Assembly: GCA_035638115.1 (NCBI GenBank)
Contig: DASRAN010000074.1
Coordinates: 26,062 to 90,061, forward strand
Direction: 5' to 3'
Length of the DNA: 64,000 bases
Source of the DNA: Patescibacteria group bacterium
GTDB lineage: Bacteria; Acidobacteriota; Polarisedimenticolia; Gp22-AA2
The notes under the pieces were generated by a model. That model was not told where the DNA came from, made no database searches, and was given only the letters and a program-made list of their open reading frames with translations. The position numbers were made by a program, and so were the translations under genes. Position 1 is the first letter of the stretch; the number at the start of each line of letters is the position of its first letter. Below are positions 39,901-48,928 of this stretch, one piece after another.

Positions 39901-42651
39901 GAGCTGCAGCAGTCGGTCGAGGCGATGGTGCGGGCGAGCCAGACCGCGGCCGAGCACGAAACGCACGGGAGCCAGGGACGGGTCTTCGTGCTGCGGGAGG
40001 ACCTCCTGAGTCCCCACGACCTGGCCGTCCTGCGCACGGCGGCGCGCGTGCTGATCCTGGCGAATCGAGGCGCCCTGTCGGAGCAGGTGGTGCGCGAGAA
40101 GGCGCCGGGGCCCGAGCCGGCGCCTCCTCGTCGCCGTCCGGTGCGCGAGAAAAGTGGCACCCCGCCGGTCCCCCGGCTCGACCTCGACTTCTGGAACGGC
40201 CTGGGAGGATTCACGCCGGACGAGCGCGAGTACGTCACGATCCTGGACCAGCGGAGATGGACGCCCGCGCCCTGGATCAACGTCGTCGCCAACCCGGACT
40301 TCGGGTTCCAGGTCTCGGAGTCGGGCTCCGGATACACCTGGTCCGTGAACAGCCGGGAGAACAAGCTGACGCCCTGGTCGAACGATCCCGTCGGCGACGC
40401 GCCCGGCGAGACGTTCTACGTGCGTGACGAGGACAGCGGGCGGCTCTGGGGGCCGACCTGCCTCCCGATCCGCGAGGACGCCGGGCCTTACGTCATCAGG
40501 CACGGCCAGGGATACAGCCGCTTCGCGCACGAGTCCCACGGCATCGCGCTCGACCTCCTGCAGCTCGTGCCGCTCGGCGACCCGATCAAGATCTCCCGCC
40601 TCGCCCTGGAGAATCGATCCGGCCGCAGGCGGCGGATCTCGGTCACGGCCTACGTGGAGTGGGTGCTGGGCGTGGCGCGCACCGGCTCGGCGCCTTTCGT
40701 CGTGACCGAGATCGATCCGGCGACCGGCACCCTGTTCGCCCGGAATTCCTGGAACGGGGAGTTCGCCGGACGGGTCGCGTTCGCCGACCTGGGCGGGCTG
40801 GCGACCTCCTCGACCTCCGACCGTCTGGAGTTCCTGGGCCGGAACGCCAGTCTCGCGCAACCCGCGTCGCTCCTGCGCGGCGGGGCTCTCTCCGGGACGG
40901 CGGGAGCCGGGCTCGACCCGTGCGCCGCGCTGCGGACGATCGTGGAGCTCGAGCCCGGCGAGCGCAGGGAGGTGCTCTTCCTGCTCGGACAGGGCGAGAG
41001 CCGCGAGGAGTCGCGGCTGCTGGTGGAGCGCTACCGCAAGGTGAAGTGCGATTCGGTTCTCGACGAGGTCCGGCAACACTGGGACCGTGTGCTGGGCACG
41101 GTGCAGGTGAAAACGCCCGATCGCTCCCTGGATCTCCTCCTCAACCGCTGGCTTCTCTATCAGGCGCTCTCCTGCCGGATCTGGTCCCGATCCGCGTTGT
41201 ATCAGTCGAGCGGGGCGTACGGCTTCCGCGATCAGATCCAGGATGTCCTGGCCCTCGCGGTGACCCGGCCGGATCTCGTGCGCGCGCACCTGCTGCGGGC
41301 CGCCGCCCGGCAATTCAAGGAAGGGGACGTGCAGCACTGGTGGCATCCGCCCACGGGCCGCGGGGTGAGGACCCGGACGACCGACGACCGTCTCTGGCTT
41401 CCGTACGCGGTGGCCCGATATCTCGAGACGACCGGGGACCAGTCGGTGCTCGAGGAGCAGGTGCCCTGGGTCGAAGGGGCCCCGTTGGAAGAGAAGCAGC
41501 AGGAAGCCTACTTCCAGCCCTCTCTCTCGGAGGATCGGGCGACGCTGTTCGAGCATTGCGCACGGGCCCTGGATCGGAGCCTCGAGACGGGTCTGCACGG
41601 TCTGCCTCTGATCGGCGCCGGGGATTGGAACGACGGCATGAACCGCGTCGGCCATGAAGGCCGGGGCGAGAGCGTCTGGCTGGGTTGGTTCCTGCTGGTC
41701 AACTTGAGGGATTTCGCCCGCATCGCCGACCAGCGCGCCGAAGGGGAGCGGGCGGCCCGGTGGCGCTCGAGCGCCGCCGACCTCGCGGCCGCGATCGAGC
41801 GGGAGGGCTGGGACGGGGAATGGTACCGGCGCGCCTTCTTCGACGACGGAACCCCGCTCGGATCGGCGGCGGGCGACGAATGCCGCATCGACTCCATTTC
41901 GCAGTCCTGGGCGGTTCTGTCGGGCGCCGGGGACGGGGGGCGTGCGCGCCAGGCCATGGACTCGGTGGAGCGCCTCCTCGTCCGGCCCGACGACGGGCTG
42001 TGTGCGCTCCTCTCCCCGCCCTTCGACCGGACACCCCTCGACCCGGGGTATATAAAAGGATACCCGCCGGGGGTCCGGGAGAACGGCGGGCAGTACACCC
42101 ACGCCGCGATCTGGTCGGTCATGGCGCTGGCCGATATGGGGGAAGGCGAAAAGGCGGCCGCCCTGTTCGGCCTGCTCAACCCCATCGGCCATGCGAGCGA
42201 CCCCGCCGGCGTCCAGAGGTACAAGGTGGAGCCGTACGCCGTGGCCGCCGACATCTATTCCGTATCACCCCACGTGGGTCGGGGGGGATGGACCTGGTAC
42301 ACGGGCGCCGCCGGCTGGCTCCACCGCGCGGGCCTCGAGTCGATGCTCGGCTTTCGGAAGCGGGGCTCCGCTCTTGACATCGATCCGTGCATCCCGGGAC
42401 GGTGGCCCGGCTTCGCGATCACCTATCGCCACGGCCGCACCGTCTATCGAATCACCGTCGACAATCCGAACGGGGTCTGTCGCGGGGTCTCCCAGGTCAG
42501 CCTCGACGGCGCACCGATCGCCGGCGAAGCGCGCGTTCCGCTGTCGGATGACGGCGCCGAGCACCAGATCCACGTGGTGCTCGGATTGGCCCCGGACCAG
42601 GGACGCGTGGAGCTCGCCGGCAGCGCCCGGGGATCCGTGCGACCTGCCTGA
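33994..42651 (+). CDS. ndvB: Cyclic beta-1,2-glucan synthase (Cgs/NdvB/ChvB) with C-terminal GH94 phosphorylase-like domain
   Basis: 2885 aa; EWILDNF, GWERKRGKL, ITLDADT, LLSHDLFE, RWARGDWQ, YDLLASEARL, SWSGSMFEYLMP, SGAYGFRDQ, GDWNDGMN and ENGGQYTHAA. Confidence 0.95.
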   Translation: MKVSAVIDRVSPAEEPIRAELFGIERLEEHAESLAVAHRAAGSPPRGRNILPRVRDNAHVLLAGYRSIAATVLAKHEITPAAEWILDNFHVVDDQLRGIRDHLPGSYYRLLPKIAAGHLAGYPRVYGLAWAYVAHTDSRFEMETLRRFVRAYQRVSPLTIGEIWAVAIHLRVALVENLRRLSQLIIGSREERARADALADRLLGLGEKPPERPNEVLRGLGGAPLTRAFAVQLVQRLRGQDLSIMPALEWLEKTLSAQGTSADELVAQEHQSQAAGNVTVRNIITSMRWMSSIDWTEFFESVSLVDEVLRTAPGYAAMDFTTRDRYRARIELLSRRSKHSEIEVAREAVLLARDASVKNGRTETLPGVPDRAESDPGYYIVAGGRRAFESRLGFRVPLKIRLRRAHRAIGMIGYLGGIAVLTALVLSLPLSLTWSAGAAAWTLVLLGILGLVPASDIAVALIHRLVPFLVPPRLLPKLELAQGVPPELRTLVAVPTMLARQADIEGQLERLEVHHLANPEGHLHFALLTDWTDAAEETMPGDAELLAAMADGIARLNARHGNAPDGQERFLLLHRRRLWNEKEGKWIGWERKRGKLHELNRLLRGAPDTTFLSINDRPPPVPPGVRYVITLDADTRLPRGTARQLVGAMAHPLNRPRFDPSKGRVVEGYAILQPRITPSLPTGPASTIYQRIVSGPGGVDPYAAAVSDVYQDLFGEGSYTGKGIYDVDVFEAALEGKVPENTLLSHDLFESSFARAGLATDVDLFEEFPTNYEVDARRHHRWARGDWQLLPWILGHARDTAGGRQPARIPIHGRWKMLDNLRRSLAAPAAFMVAVAAWILPGVPPLSWTALFVGSIVLPALIPILDGLLPQRWGFSKRNHLRAVGHDVLMATSQTLLAVTMLPYRAWLMTDAVIRTLVRVYVTRRNLLEWMTAARSGRRADLRIGVFYWRLRWGVLLAVAAGLLVVALKPAAWPLATPFVLLWLISPLLAWRLSIPPKIAKSQVLSPEETRAFRQVARRTWRYFETFVDQENHSLPLDNFQEDPDPVGAHRTSPTNLGLYLLGTTVACDFGWIGIRDLVDRLEATLGTMTTLHRVHGHFVNWYDSRTLRPLEPLYVSTVDSGNLAGHLIAVAQACRELRQRPPCGPEVPDGIRDALELLLASVARIGRPRRGKRAVAARLRETAEAMSARLEVPPTSAPEWRQRFEELKAESDRLVDLATQLASDVEAGGPEAGARDVGARDVGAGSEIVAWAEAVRVTIRSHARDLSGGDPGLTQHLSDLASLAEDMAQAMEFRFLFDPVRKIFSIGYRVSDGTLDPSGYDLLASEARLASFVAIAKGDVSPLHWFLLGRSLTPVGRGAALVSWSGSMFEYLMPLLVMRQPTRSLLDLTCRLVVGRQIRYGAERGVPWGISESAYNVRDAELTYQYSDFGVPGLGLKRGLFEDLVVAPYATALAAMVNPRAALDNFSRLEEAGARGAYGFYDALDYTLSRLPEGSRLAVVRAYMAHHQGMTIVSMGNVVHDGATQRRFHSHPMVQAAELLLQERTPRSVAVTRPRGEEVREAAHVRDLVPPTLRRFDSPHDITPRTHLLSNGRYTVMITAAGSGFSRWGGLAVTRWREDSTRDCWGTFIYLRDAGTGEVWSAGFQPCGAEAEQYEVVYSEDQARITQRSASLKIVLEILVSPEDDAELRRVTVTNLEDRDREIDFTSYAEVVMAPQPADEAHPAFSNLFVETEFVATHGTLLATRRPRSADEPRAWLAHLAAPDGEPVDPPQHESDRARFLGRGGGVRTPLGVNGGRPLSNTTGTVLDPIVSLRYRMALPAGGTARLVFTTLVAGSRDAALETAEKYRQPATFERASSLAWTQAQVQLHHLRISRDEAHLFQRLANRLLYVDRTLRAGHQERAANRGGPAGLWAHGLSGDLPIAVVRIETDEELDVARQLLRAHEYWRLKGIPADLVILNAKRTSYAQELQQSVEAMVRASQTAAEHETHGSQGRVFVLREDLLSPHDLAVLRTAARVLILANRGALSEQVVREKAPGPEPAPPRRRPVREKSGTPPVPRLDLDFWNGLGGFTPDEREYVTILDQRRWTPAPWINVVANPDFGFQVSESGSGYTWSVNSRENKLTPWSNDPVGDAPGETFYVRDEDSGRLWGPTCLPIREDAGPYVIRHGQGYSRFAHESHGIALDLLQLVPLGDPIKISRLALENRSGRRRRISVTAYVEWVLGVARTGSAPFVVTEIDPATGTLFARNSWNGEFAGRVAFADLGGLATSSTSDRLEFLGRNASLAQPASLLRGGALSGTAGAGLDPCAALRTIVELEPGERREVLFLLGQGESREESRLLVERYRKVKCDSVLDEVRQHWDRVLGTVQVKTPDRSLDLLLNRWLLYQALSCRIWSRSALYQSSGAYGFRDQIQDVLALAVTRPDLVRAHLLRAAARQFKEGDVQHWWHPPTGRGVRTRTTDDRLWLPYAVARYLETTGDQSVLEEQVPWVEGAPLEEKQQEAYFQPSLSEDRATLFEHCARALDRSLETGLHGLPLIGAGDWNDGMNRVGHEGRGESVWLGWFLLVNLRDFARIADQRAEGERAARWRSSAADLAAAIEREGWDGEWYRRAFFDDGTPLGSAAGDECRIDSISQSWAVLSGAGDGGRARQAMDSVERLLVRPDDGLCALLSPPFDRTPLDPGYIKGYPPGVRENGGQYTHAAIWSVMALADMGEGEKAAALFGLLNPIGHASDPAGVQRYKVEPYAVAADIYSVSPHVGRGGWTWYTGAAGWLHRAGLESMLGFRKRGSALDIDPCIPGRWPGFAITYRHGRTVYRITVDNPNGVCRGVSQVSLDGAPIAGEARVPLSDDGAEHQIHVVLGLAPDQGRVELAGSARGSVRPA
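37693..37727 (+). repeat. In-frame 15-bp tandem duplication within ndvB (GARDV x2)
   Basis: GGCGCCCGGGACGTC GGCGCCCGGGATGTC GGCGC. Confidence 0.8.
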
Positions 42652-42839
42652 ACCGGACCTCGCCCGGCGGGCGGTAGGGTTACCCCCCATAGCAACGCCA
42701 CGGCCCACCGCGTAGCCTGCTTGCGTGATGAGCGCGAAGAACGACATGGACGTCGGCGTGTGAATCGGCCGGGCGGGATGGTCCACGTCCAGCCACTCGA
42801 AATCATATCGATCACGTCATGTGATCAGGAGGTCGTGTC

Positions 42840-44453
42840 TTGAAAATCATCAAAACAGTCATTCTGACTTTCGCGGCCGTGCTGCTCGCGGGTGTTCTCG
42901 CGCAGCCTGCCCGCGCCGACGTCTCGTTCGACGTGGCCTACACCCATCTGAGCGAGCATGGCACCTGGCTCGTCTCGGCGCAGTACGGTCATGTCTGGCA
43001 GCCGCGGGAGTACACGCAGGATTGGAATCCCTACTACGACGGTCATTGGGTCTATACGGACCTGGGCTGGGCGTGGGTCTCGGACTACGAGTGGGGATCC
43101 ATCCCTTATCACTACGGGACGTGGTACAGCGACCCGGACGCGGGATGGGTCTGGGTCCCGGGGCGCACCTGGGCACCCTCGTGGGTCGTCTTCCGCACCG
43201 GCCCCGACTACATCGGCTGGGCTCCGGTGCCGCCCGGCTTCTCCATTGGCCTGTCGCTCAACGCGGGCGGACCATCGAACTTCGTCTTCGTCTCATCCCA
43301 CGACTTCCTGGCGCCGAGAGTGCGCATGTCGATCATCCCGCGCACGCGTGAGAGCGTGTACATGAACAACACGACGATCGTCAACAACATCGTCGTGCAG
43401 AACAACGTCGTGATCAATCAAGGTCCCGACTACCGGACCGTCGAGAGGGCCATCGGACGCCCCATCCGTCCGGAGCGCATCGAAAACGTCACGAGGGTGG
43501 CGCCGTATGCCCATGTCGACCGTACCGAGCTGGCGCTGGCCCCTGGAACGGCACAGCGCGACGTGCGGGTCGCCGAACCGGTCCCCGCGAGCCAGCCCCT
43601 GCCGGTCGCCGGCAGACAGGGGCATCGCGATGCGAATGCTTCTCCCAACGCCGCACCGGCGCAACCCGGCTCCGCACCGGCGCAAGCTGCCGTGGCACCG
43701 GGCCACTCCAACGCGCGTCCTCAGGATCAACAGAACACTCCCCTGCGGACGCCTCCGCCCGCGGAGGTGACACCGACCGAGGCCGCCGACGCCGCGCACA
43801 ACGGGCATGGCGCCCGGACAGTCCCGGGGCATGAGAACGCGAACGCCCAGCAGAGCGCGCAGGCCGAGGCGGATGCCAAGGCTCACGCGCAGCAGAGCGC
43901 CCAGGAACAGACGAACGCCAAAACGCGCGCCGACCACAGCGCCAAGGCCCAGGCGGACGCCGTGACGAAGGCGGATCAGAGCGCCCAGTCGCAGGCGGAC
44001 GCCAAGACGCGCGCCGACCAGAGCGCGCAGGAGCAGGCGAACGCCAAGGCGAAGGCGGATCAGAGCGCCCAGGAGCAGGCCAACGCCAGAGCGCATTCCG
44101 ACCCCCACGCGCAGGCCCAGGCGAATGCGAAGGCCCACGCCGATCAGAACGCCCATTCACAGGCCGCCGCCAAGGCGCACGCCGATCAGAACGCGCAGGC
44201 CCAGGCCACAGCCAAGGCGAAGACCGATCAGAACGCGCAGGCGCAGGCGAACGCCAAGGCGCATGCCGACCAGAACACCCAGGCGCAGGCCACCGCCCAG
44301 GCCAAGGCCGATCAGAGCGCCCAGGCAAACGCGAACGCGAAGAAGGCCGCCGACGCGAAGGCCAAGAAGCACACTCCGGAGAAGCCACCCGCGAAGGATC
44401 CGAACGCCGCCGAGGGCACGCCCCCTGCCGGCAAGACTGTAAGGATGCAGTAG
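42840..44453 (+). CDS. Secreted DUF6600-like protein with a long Ala/Gln/Lys repeat tail
   Basis: AGGAGG before TTG; signal peptide; W.PY.DGHW...WG.IPYHYG.W...W.PG..WAP.WV domain. Confidence 0.85.
   Translation: MKIIKTVILTFAAVLLAGVLAQPARADVSFDVAYTHLSEHGTWLVSAQYGHVWQPREYTQDWNPYYDGHWVYTDLGWAWVSDYEWGSIPYHYGTWYSDPDAGWVWVPGRTWAPSWVVFRTGPDYIGWAPVPPGFSIGLSLNAGGPSNFVFVSSHDFLAPRVRMSIIPRTRESVYMNNTTIVNNIVVQNNVVINQGPDYRTVERAIGRPIRPERIENVTRVAPYAHVDRTELALAPGTAQRDVRVAEPVPASQPLPVAGRQGHRDANASPNAAPAQPGSAPAQAAVAPGHSNARPQDQQNTPLRTPPPAEVTPTEAADAAHNGHGARTVPGHENANAQQSAQAEADAKAHAQQSAQEQTNAKTRADHSAKAQADAVTKADQSAQSQADAKTRADQSAQEQANAKAKADQSAQEQANARAHSDPHAQAQANAKAHADQNAHSQAAAKAHADQNAQAQATAKAKTDQNAQAQANAKAHADQNTQAQATAQAKADQSAQANANAKKAADAKAKKHTPEKPPAKDPNAAEGTPPAGKTVRMQ
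43839..44342 (+). repeat. 12 x 42-nt (14-aa) imperfect tandem repeat
   Basis: Units such as TRADQSAQEQANAK, AKADQSAQEQANAR and AHADQNAQAQATAK. Confidence 0.9.
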
Positions 44454-44511
44454 CTCGGATGGATGGTTGTTCATCCCCCCTGGTCCGGAACCGGGCCAGG
44501 GGGAACTGCAT

Positions 44512-45189
44512 TTATTCGATGGGGATCGGTCCGCTCGCCTCGATGATTCCCGCGAAGAGGGCGTAGCGGGTCAGACCCGCGGTGTCGTGAATCCCGAGCT
44601 TCGACTTCAGGTGCTGCCGGTGCTTCTCGACGGTCTTGATGCTGATGCCGAGATGTGCGGCGGTCTCCTTGTTGGCCATTCCCTCCGCAATCATTTGAAG
44701 CACCTCCTGCTCGCGCGAGGTCAGCCGCGCCGCCTTCTTCCCCGGTCTCCCGCCATGCGCGATCCACCTCTCATGAATATCGCCGCGGCGCTTCGAGACC
44801 GAGGCGCTGAAGTACGTGCCGCCCTGATGGACCTCGCGAATCGCCTTGACGAGGACATGGGCCGCGCTCTCCTTGAGGACATAGCCTGCCGCGCCAACGG
44901 AGGTCGCCTGCTCGACATACTCGTCCTCGCTGTGGGCGGACAGGATCAGCACCTTCGTGGACGGACACAGTCTCAGTATCTGGCGCGTGGCCTCCACCCC
45001 GTTGAGCAGCGGCATGGCGATGTCCATGACCACCACCCCAGGAAGCAGCTTCCGGACAAGCTGAATCGCCTCGCGTCCATTGCGAGCCTCACCCACGACC
45101 TGGATATCCTCTTCCGCCGTCAATAACGCGCGCAGCCCTTCCCGGACCAGCACGTGATCCTCGACGAGCAGAACGCGGATGCGTGTCAT
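44512..45189 (-). CDS. NarL/LuxR-family response regulator
   Basis: VLLVEDH, VMDIAMP, GYVLK and LTSREQEVL...KTVEKHR. Start moved to ATG 45189. Confidence 0.93.
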   Translation of the reverse strand: MTRIRVLLVEDHVLVREGLRALLTAEEDIQVVGEARNGREAIQLVRKLLPGVVVMDIAMPLLNGVEATRQILRLCPSTKVLILSAHSEDEYVEQATSVGAAGYVLKESAAHVLVKAIREVHQGGTYFSASVSKRRGDIHERWIAHGGRPGKKAARLTSREQEVLQMIAEGMANKETAAHLGISIKTVEKHRQHLKSKLGIHDTAGLTRYALFAGIIEASGPIPIE

Positions 45190-45377
45190 GCCGGAAGTAT
45201 CGCGCATTCGACGCCTTTGAGCCATCGGGAATGCCCTGAGTGTCCTTCCAGGCATCCGGATGCGCAGAATGCGCGCCATCCCGATAGTCATTGATCGATG
45301 TTCGGCCCACACTCGCTTTCACGAGCGTGGATCCAATGACGCGTGGATTTGATCATACGTTCCGGGAGGTACTCAGC

Positions 45378-46484
45378 ATGATTCGACCAAGATCTCCGAC
45401 CCGCTTCACGCTCCTCGGCCTCCTTCTCTTCCTGTTACTCTCCGCCGTTCGAAGCAGCGACCTCTTCGCCACCCCCGCCGCCGGGATCGACGCTTCGTGC
45501 CAGCAGGGAACCGATCGGACCGAGCGGATGTTCATCTGGTACATCGTGAACGGGAGAGCGACCCCGCTGCGTTGGTCCGCGCGTCCTTTCATCGTCCATC
45601 TGCCGGCCTCGTATGACGGCACCGTCCCCTTTCCGGTCGTGATCGACATCCACGGCGGCGGCGGGTCGGCCGAGGGCGCGAGGGCGATGACCTGCCCGAA
45701 CGGCGATCTGAATGATCCCGGATGTCTGGATCGACTGGCGGACTGCGAGGGATTCATCACCGTCTATCCCAATGGGACCTCCGACCCGGTGTTCAAGAGC
45801 CTCCGCACGTTCGATGCCGGAGGGGGGAACGCCGGGTTCCAGTGCGTGAGCGGTGTCGCGTGCACGACGAAGGTCGACGATCTCCGCTATTTCACCGATC
45901 TTCTCGACACGCTGGAGAAGAACTACACCATCGATCCGGCACGCATCTACCTGACCGGCCTCTCCAACGGCGGTGCGATGAGCCATCGCCTGGCCTGCGA
46001 GCTGTCGGACCGGATCGCCGCGATCGCGCCGATCTCCGGCGGGAATCAGTTTGCGGCCCTCGAGTACTGTTCCCCGTCCCGGCCCGTCCCCGTGCTCGAG
46101 ATTCATGGCACCGCCGATCGATGCTGGCCCTACCAGGGCGGGATGCAGACCTGCGCGGGCATCCTGACGCCCCAGGGCTTCGGCGGGTTCGTCTCGATTC
46201 CCGCCACCGTCGCCGCTTGGGCTTCCACGAACGGGTGTCACACAACGCCGCTCGTCGAAAACCTGCTGGACATCGCCCCGACCGACGGCACGAGCGTCAC
46301 GCGGATCACCTATCGGGGATGCGCGAATGGCGGCGATGTCGTTCAGCTCAGGGTCAACGGCGGCGGCCACACCTGGCCCGGCGGCTCGAGCGTGCTGTCC
46401 CTCCGGATGGTCGGGAACCTGAGCCGGGAATTCAGCGCCAACAAGGTCATGTGGGAGTTTTTCAAGGCCCACCCGATGCCGTGA
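45378..46484 (+). CDS. Secreted LpqC/PHB-depolymerase-family esterase
   Basis: GGAGG RBS; signal peptide; HGGGG, GLSNGG, HGTAD and GGHTWPG motifs. Confidence 0.88.
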   Translation: MIRPRSPTRFTLLGLLLFLLLSAVRSSDLFATPAAGIDASCQQGTDRTERMFIWYIVNGRATPLRWSARPFIVHLPASYDGTVPFPVVIDIHGGGGSAEGARAMTCPNGDLNDPGCLDRLADCEGFITVYPNGTSDPVFKSLRTFDAGGGNAGFQCVSGVACTTKVDDLRYFTDLLDTLEKNYTIDPARIYLTGLSNGGAMSHRLACELSDRIAAIAPISGGNQFAALEYCSPSRPVPVLEIHGTADRCWPYQGGMQTCAGILTPQGFGGFVSIPATVAAWASTNGCHTTPLVENLLDIAPTDGTSVTRITYRGCANGGDVVQLRVNGGGHTWPGGSSVLSLRMVGNLSREFSANKVMWEFFKAHPMP

Positions 46485-46620
46485 GAGGGCGTCAGGCCGC
46501 TCCTGACAGTTTGTTCAGAAGAAGACCCGACTGTGCAGTCGGTCACGATTGCGGCAACATCGGCGTCGCGGTCAGGGTATCGCGTGCGATCGCGCGGCGC
46601 CGCGATGCGGATGGTGGTCG

Positions 46621-47823
46621 ATGCAGAACGTCGAATCCCGGGCTTGTCACACTGGCGGCGCCTCCGATTCTGTGGCGCTGAGCGATGCGTCGAATCTGGA
46701 GATGGTCCAGGTCGTCGATCGGTCGGCCTTCAGGCTCATGGAGAAGGACTGGAATGCGCTCGTCGAGACGACGTCCGATGAGCCCTTCTACCGGCACGAG
46801 TACATCCGGAGCTGGACCGACAGCTTCGCGCCCGACGCGAAGCTGAAGATCCTCACGGGCCGGGACCGCACCGGAAGACTCGTCGCCGCGCTTCCGCTGG
46901 TGTCCGAGCGCGGCTTCCTCTACGGGCTCCCCGTCCGGCGGCTGGTCTCGCCCACGAACGTCCACTCCTACCGATTCGACCTGATCGCGGAGGATCGCCA
47001 GTCCGCGGCCCGGACATTCTTCAGGACGCTGGCGGCCGACGACACGTGGGATGTGATCAAGATCACCGATGTGCCGGAGGGGGGCAACGCCTGGGATCTC
47101 TACAACGCCGCCACGGCGGCCGGCTTCCCGTCGGGGGCCTGGGAGTCCCAGCGCAGCCCCTTCGTCCCGCTTCCTCCCTCGTACGACGATCTGGAGGCGC
47201 GCCTGTCGTCCAAGTTCAAGGCCAATCTTCGCCGCCGTCGCAGGCGCCTCGAGGAGCGGGGCACCATCACCGTCGAGCGCGTGACCGGCGGTCTCGAGCT
47301 CGAAGAGCGCCTCGAGGACTGCTTTTCGCTCGAACGGAGCGGCTGGAAAGGACGGCAGGGAACCGCCGCGGGCCAGAGCAAGCGGACACGCGGCTTCTAT
47401 ACCGGGCTGGCGCGTCACGCGGCCCGTGAAGACTACCTCTCCCTTTTCTTCCTGAAGCTCGACGGCAAGCCGATCGCTTCCCAGTACGGGCTGACGCGGC
47501 GCGGCGTCTATTCGCTCGTGATGACCTGCTACGACGAGGCGTTCAGCGAGTACAGCCCCGGCCACCTGCTGCTCGAGAGCGTGATGAAGCGCTGCGTGGA
47601 CGGAGGCCTGTGCGAGTTCGATTTTCTCGGTTGCGATCTGGGCTGGAAGCTGGATTGGAGCTCGACCGTTCGTTCTCATCACTGGTTCTTCATCTTTCGC
47701 GACAACCGGCTGGGCCGTGTCCTGCAAAGGGCCAAGTTCGGCTGGATCCCGGGGGTGAAGGAAAGCCTCAAACGATGGAGACGGGAGAATGGTGCCGACA
47801 CCCAGATCGTCCTCAGCCAGTGA
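46621..47823 (+). CDS. GNAT family protein, CelD/BcsL-like
   Basis: WNAL...PFYRHE, ERSGWKG, YSPGHLL and FDFLG. Start uncertain (46621 or 46702). Confidence 0.85.
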   Translation: MQNVESRACHTGGASDSVALSDASNLEMVQVVDRSAFRLMEKDWNALVETTSDEPFYRHEYIRSWTDSFAPDAKLKILTGRDRTGRLVAALPLVSERGFLYGLPVRRLVSPTNVHSYRFDLIAEDRQSAARTFFRTLAADDTWDVIKITDVPEGGNAWDLYNAATAAGFPSGAWESQRSPFVPLPPSYDDLEARLSSKFKANLRRRRRRLEERGTITVERVTGGLELEERLEDCFSLERSGWKGRQGTAAGQSKRTRGFYTGLARHAAREDYLSLFFLKLDGKPIASQYGLTRRGVYSLVMTCYDEAFSEYSPGHLLLESVMKRCVDGGLCEFDFLGCDLGWKLDWSSTVRSHHWFFIFRDNRLGRVLQRAKFGWIPGVKESLKRWRRENGADTQIVLSQ

Positions 47824-48928
47824 CGCCGTAGAAGTCGTCGATCGCCCGGGATTCCTCGCCCTGGAACGGGAATGGAACGAGCTCGTCGTCACCACACAGG
47901 ACGAGCCGTTCTATCGCCACGAGTTCCTGCGCGTCTGGCTGACCCACTTCACCCAGGGCGCCAAGCTGGAGGTTCTCACCACCCGGGACCGCACGGGGAA
48001 GCTGGCGGCGGCCTTCCCTCTCATGAAGACACGGGGCTTCTTCTGCGGGATGCCCGCGCGGCTGGGCACGTCGACCGGCAACTCTCACTCGTGCCGGTTC
48101 GACATGGTCGCCGAAGACGGGAGCTCCGCGGGCAAGAGCTTCTTCGCCCACCTGGCGGCAGACAAGTCCTGGGACGTGCTCAGGATTGCCGATGTGCCGG
48201 ACGGGGGCAACGCCTGGCATCTCTATCGGGCGGCCGAGAAGGCCGGCTTCCCTGTCGGCACCTGGGAGTCCCAGAGCAGCCCCTACCTGCCGCTGCCTTC
48301 CTCCTACCAGGAGCTGCTGGCGGGGATGAGCACCGGGTTCAAGGCGAACCTTCGACGCCGCCGGCGGCGCCTGGAGGCGATGGGCACCGTGAGCGTCGAG
48401 CATGTCACCGGCGGCGCCGACCTCCAGGCGCGCCTGGAGGAGGGCTTCGCCATCGAGCGAAGCGGCTGGAAGGGAAAGAAGGGAACGGCGATCTCGCAGA
48501 ATGCCCGGACCTACGGGTTCTATACCGAGCTGGCCCACACGGCCGCCGCCCGCAACTACCTGTCGCTCTTCTTCCTCACGCTCAACGGCAAGGCGATCGC
48601 CTTTCACTACGGTCTCACCTATGGCGGCGTCTACTACGTGCCGAAGCTCGCGTACGACGAGTCCCTCAAGGAGTGCAGTCCCGGTCTCCTGCTGCTGGAA
48701 GAGGGCATCAAGGATTGCATCGCCCGCGGCGTGAAGGGATATGACTTTCTCGGGCTCTCCGGGGGATGGAAAACCCAGTGGAGCCACCAGACCCGCCGGC
48801 ACAACTGGCTCTACATCTTCCGTGACTCCCGGTTCGGGCAGGCCCTGCAGACGACGAAGTTCAAGCTGCTCCCGGCGGCGAAGCAGGTGCTCTGGCCCTG
48901 GAAAGGGATCCGTGCAAGCGACGACTGA
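47789..48928 (+). CDS. GNAT family protein, CelD/BcsL-like (paralogue of the upstream gene)
   Basis: WNEL...PFYRHE, ERSGWKG, SPGLLL and YDFLG. Confidence 0.87.
   Translation: MVPTPRSSSASDAVEVVDRPGFLALEREWNELVVTTQDEPFYRHEFLRVWLTHFTQGAKLEVLTTRDRTGKLAAAFPLMKTRGFFCGMPARLGTSTGNSHSCRFDMVAEDGSSAGKSFFAHLAADKSWDVLRIADVPDGGNAWHLYRAAEKAGFPVGTWESQSSPYLPLPSSYQELLAGMSTGFKANLRRRRRRLEAMGTVSVEHVTGGADLQARLEEGFAIERSGWKGKKGTAISQNARTYGFYTELAHTAAARNYLSLFFLTLNGKAIAFHYGLTYGGVYYVPKLAYDESLKECSPGLLLLEEGIKDCIARGVKGYDFLGLSGGWKTQWSHQTRRHNWLYIFRDSRFGQALQTTKFKLLPAAKQVLWPWKGIRASDD

Noticed and set aside
34606-42192. 1140-aa and 1265-aa - strand ORFs
   Set aside because: Antisense to ndvB, with no independent coding signal.
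42728-42763. Tiny ORF MSAKNDMDVGV after ndvB
   Set aside because: No RBS and too short to support.
43839-44342. Periodic repeats as a possible CRISPR array
   Set aside because: In-frame degenerate coding repeats with no unique spacers and no cas genes.
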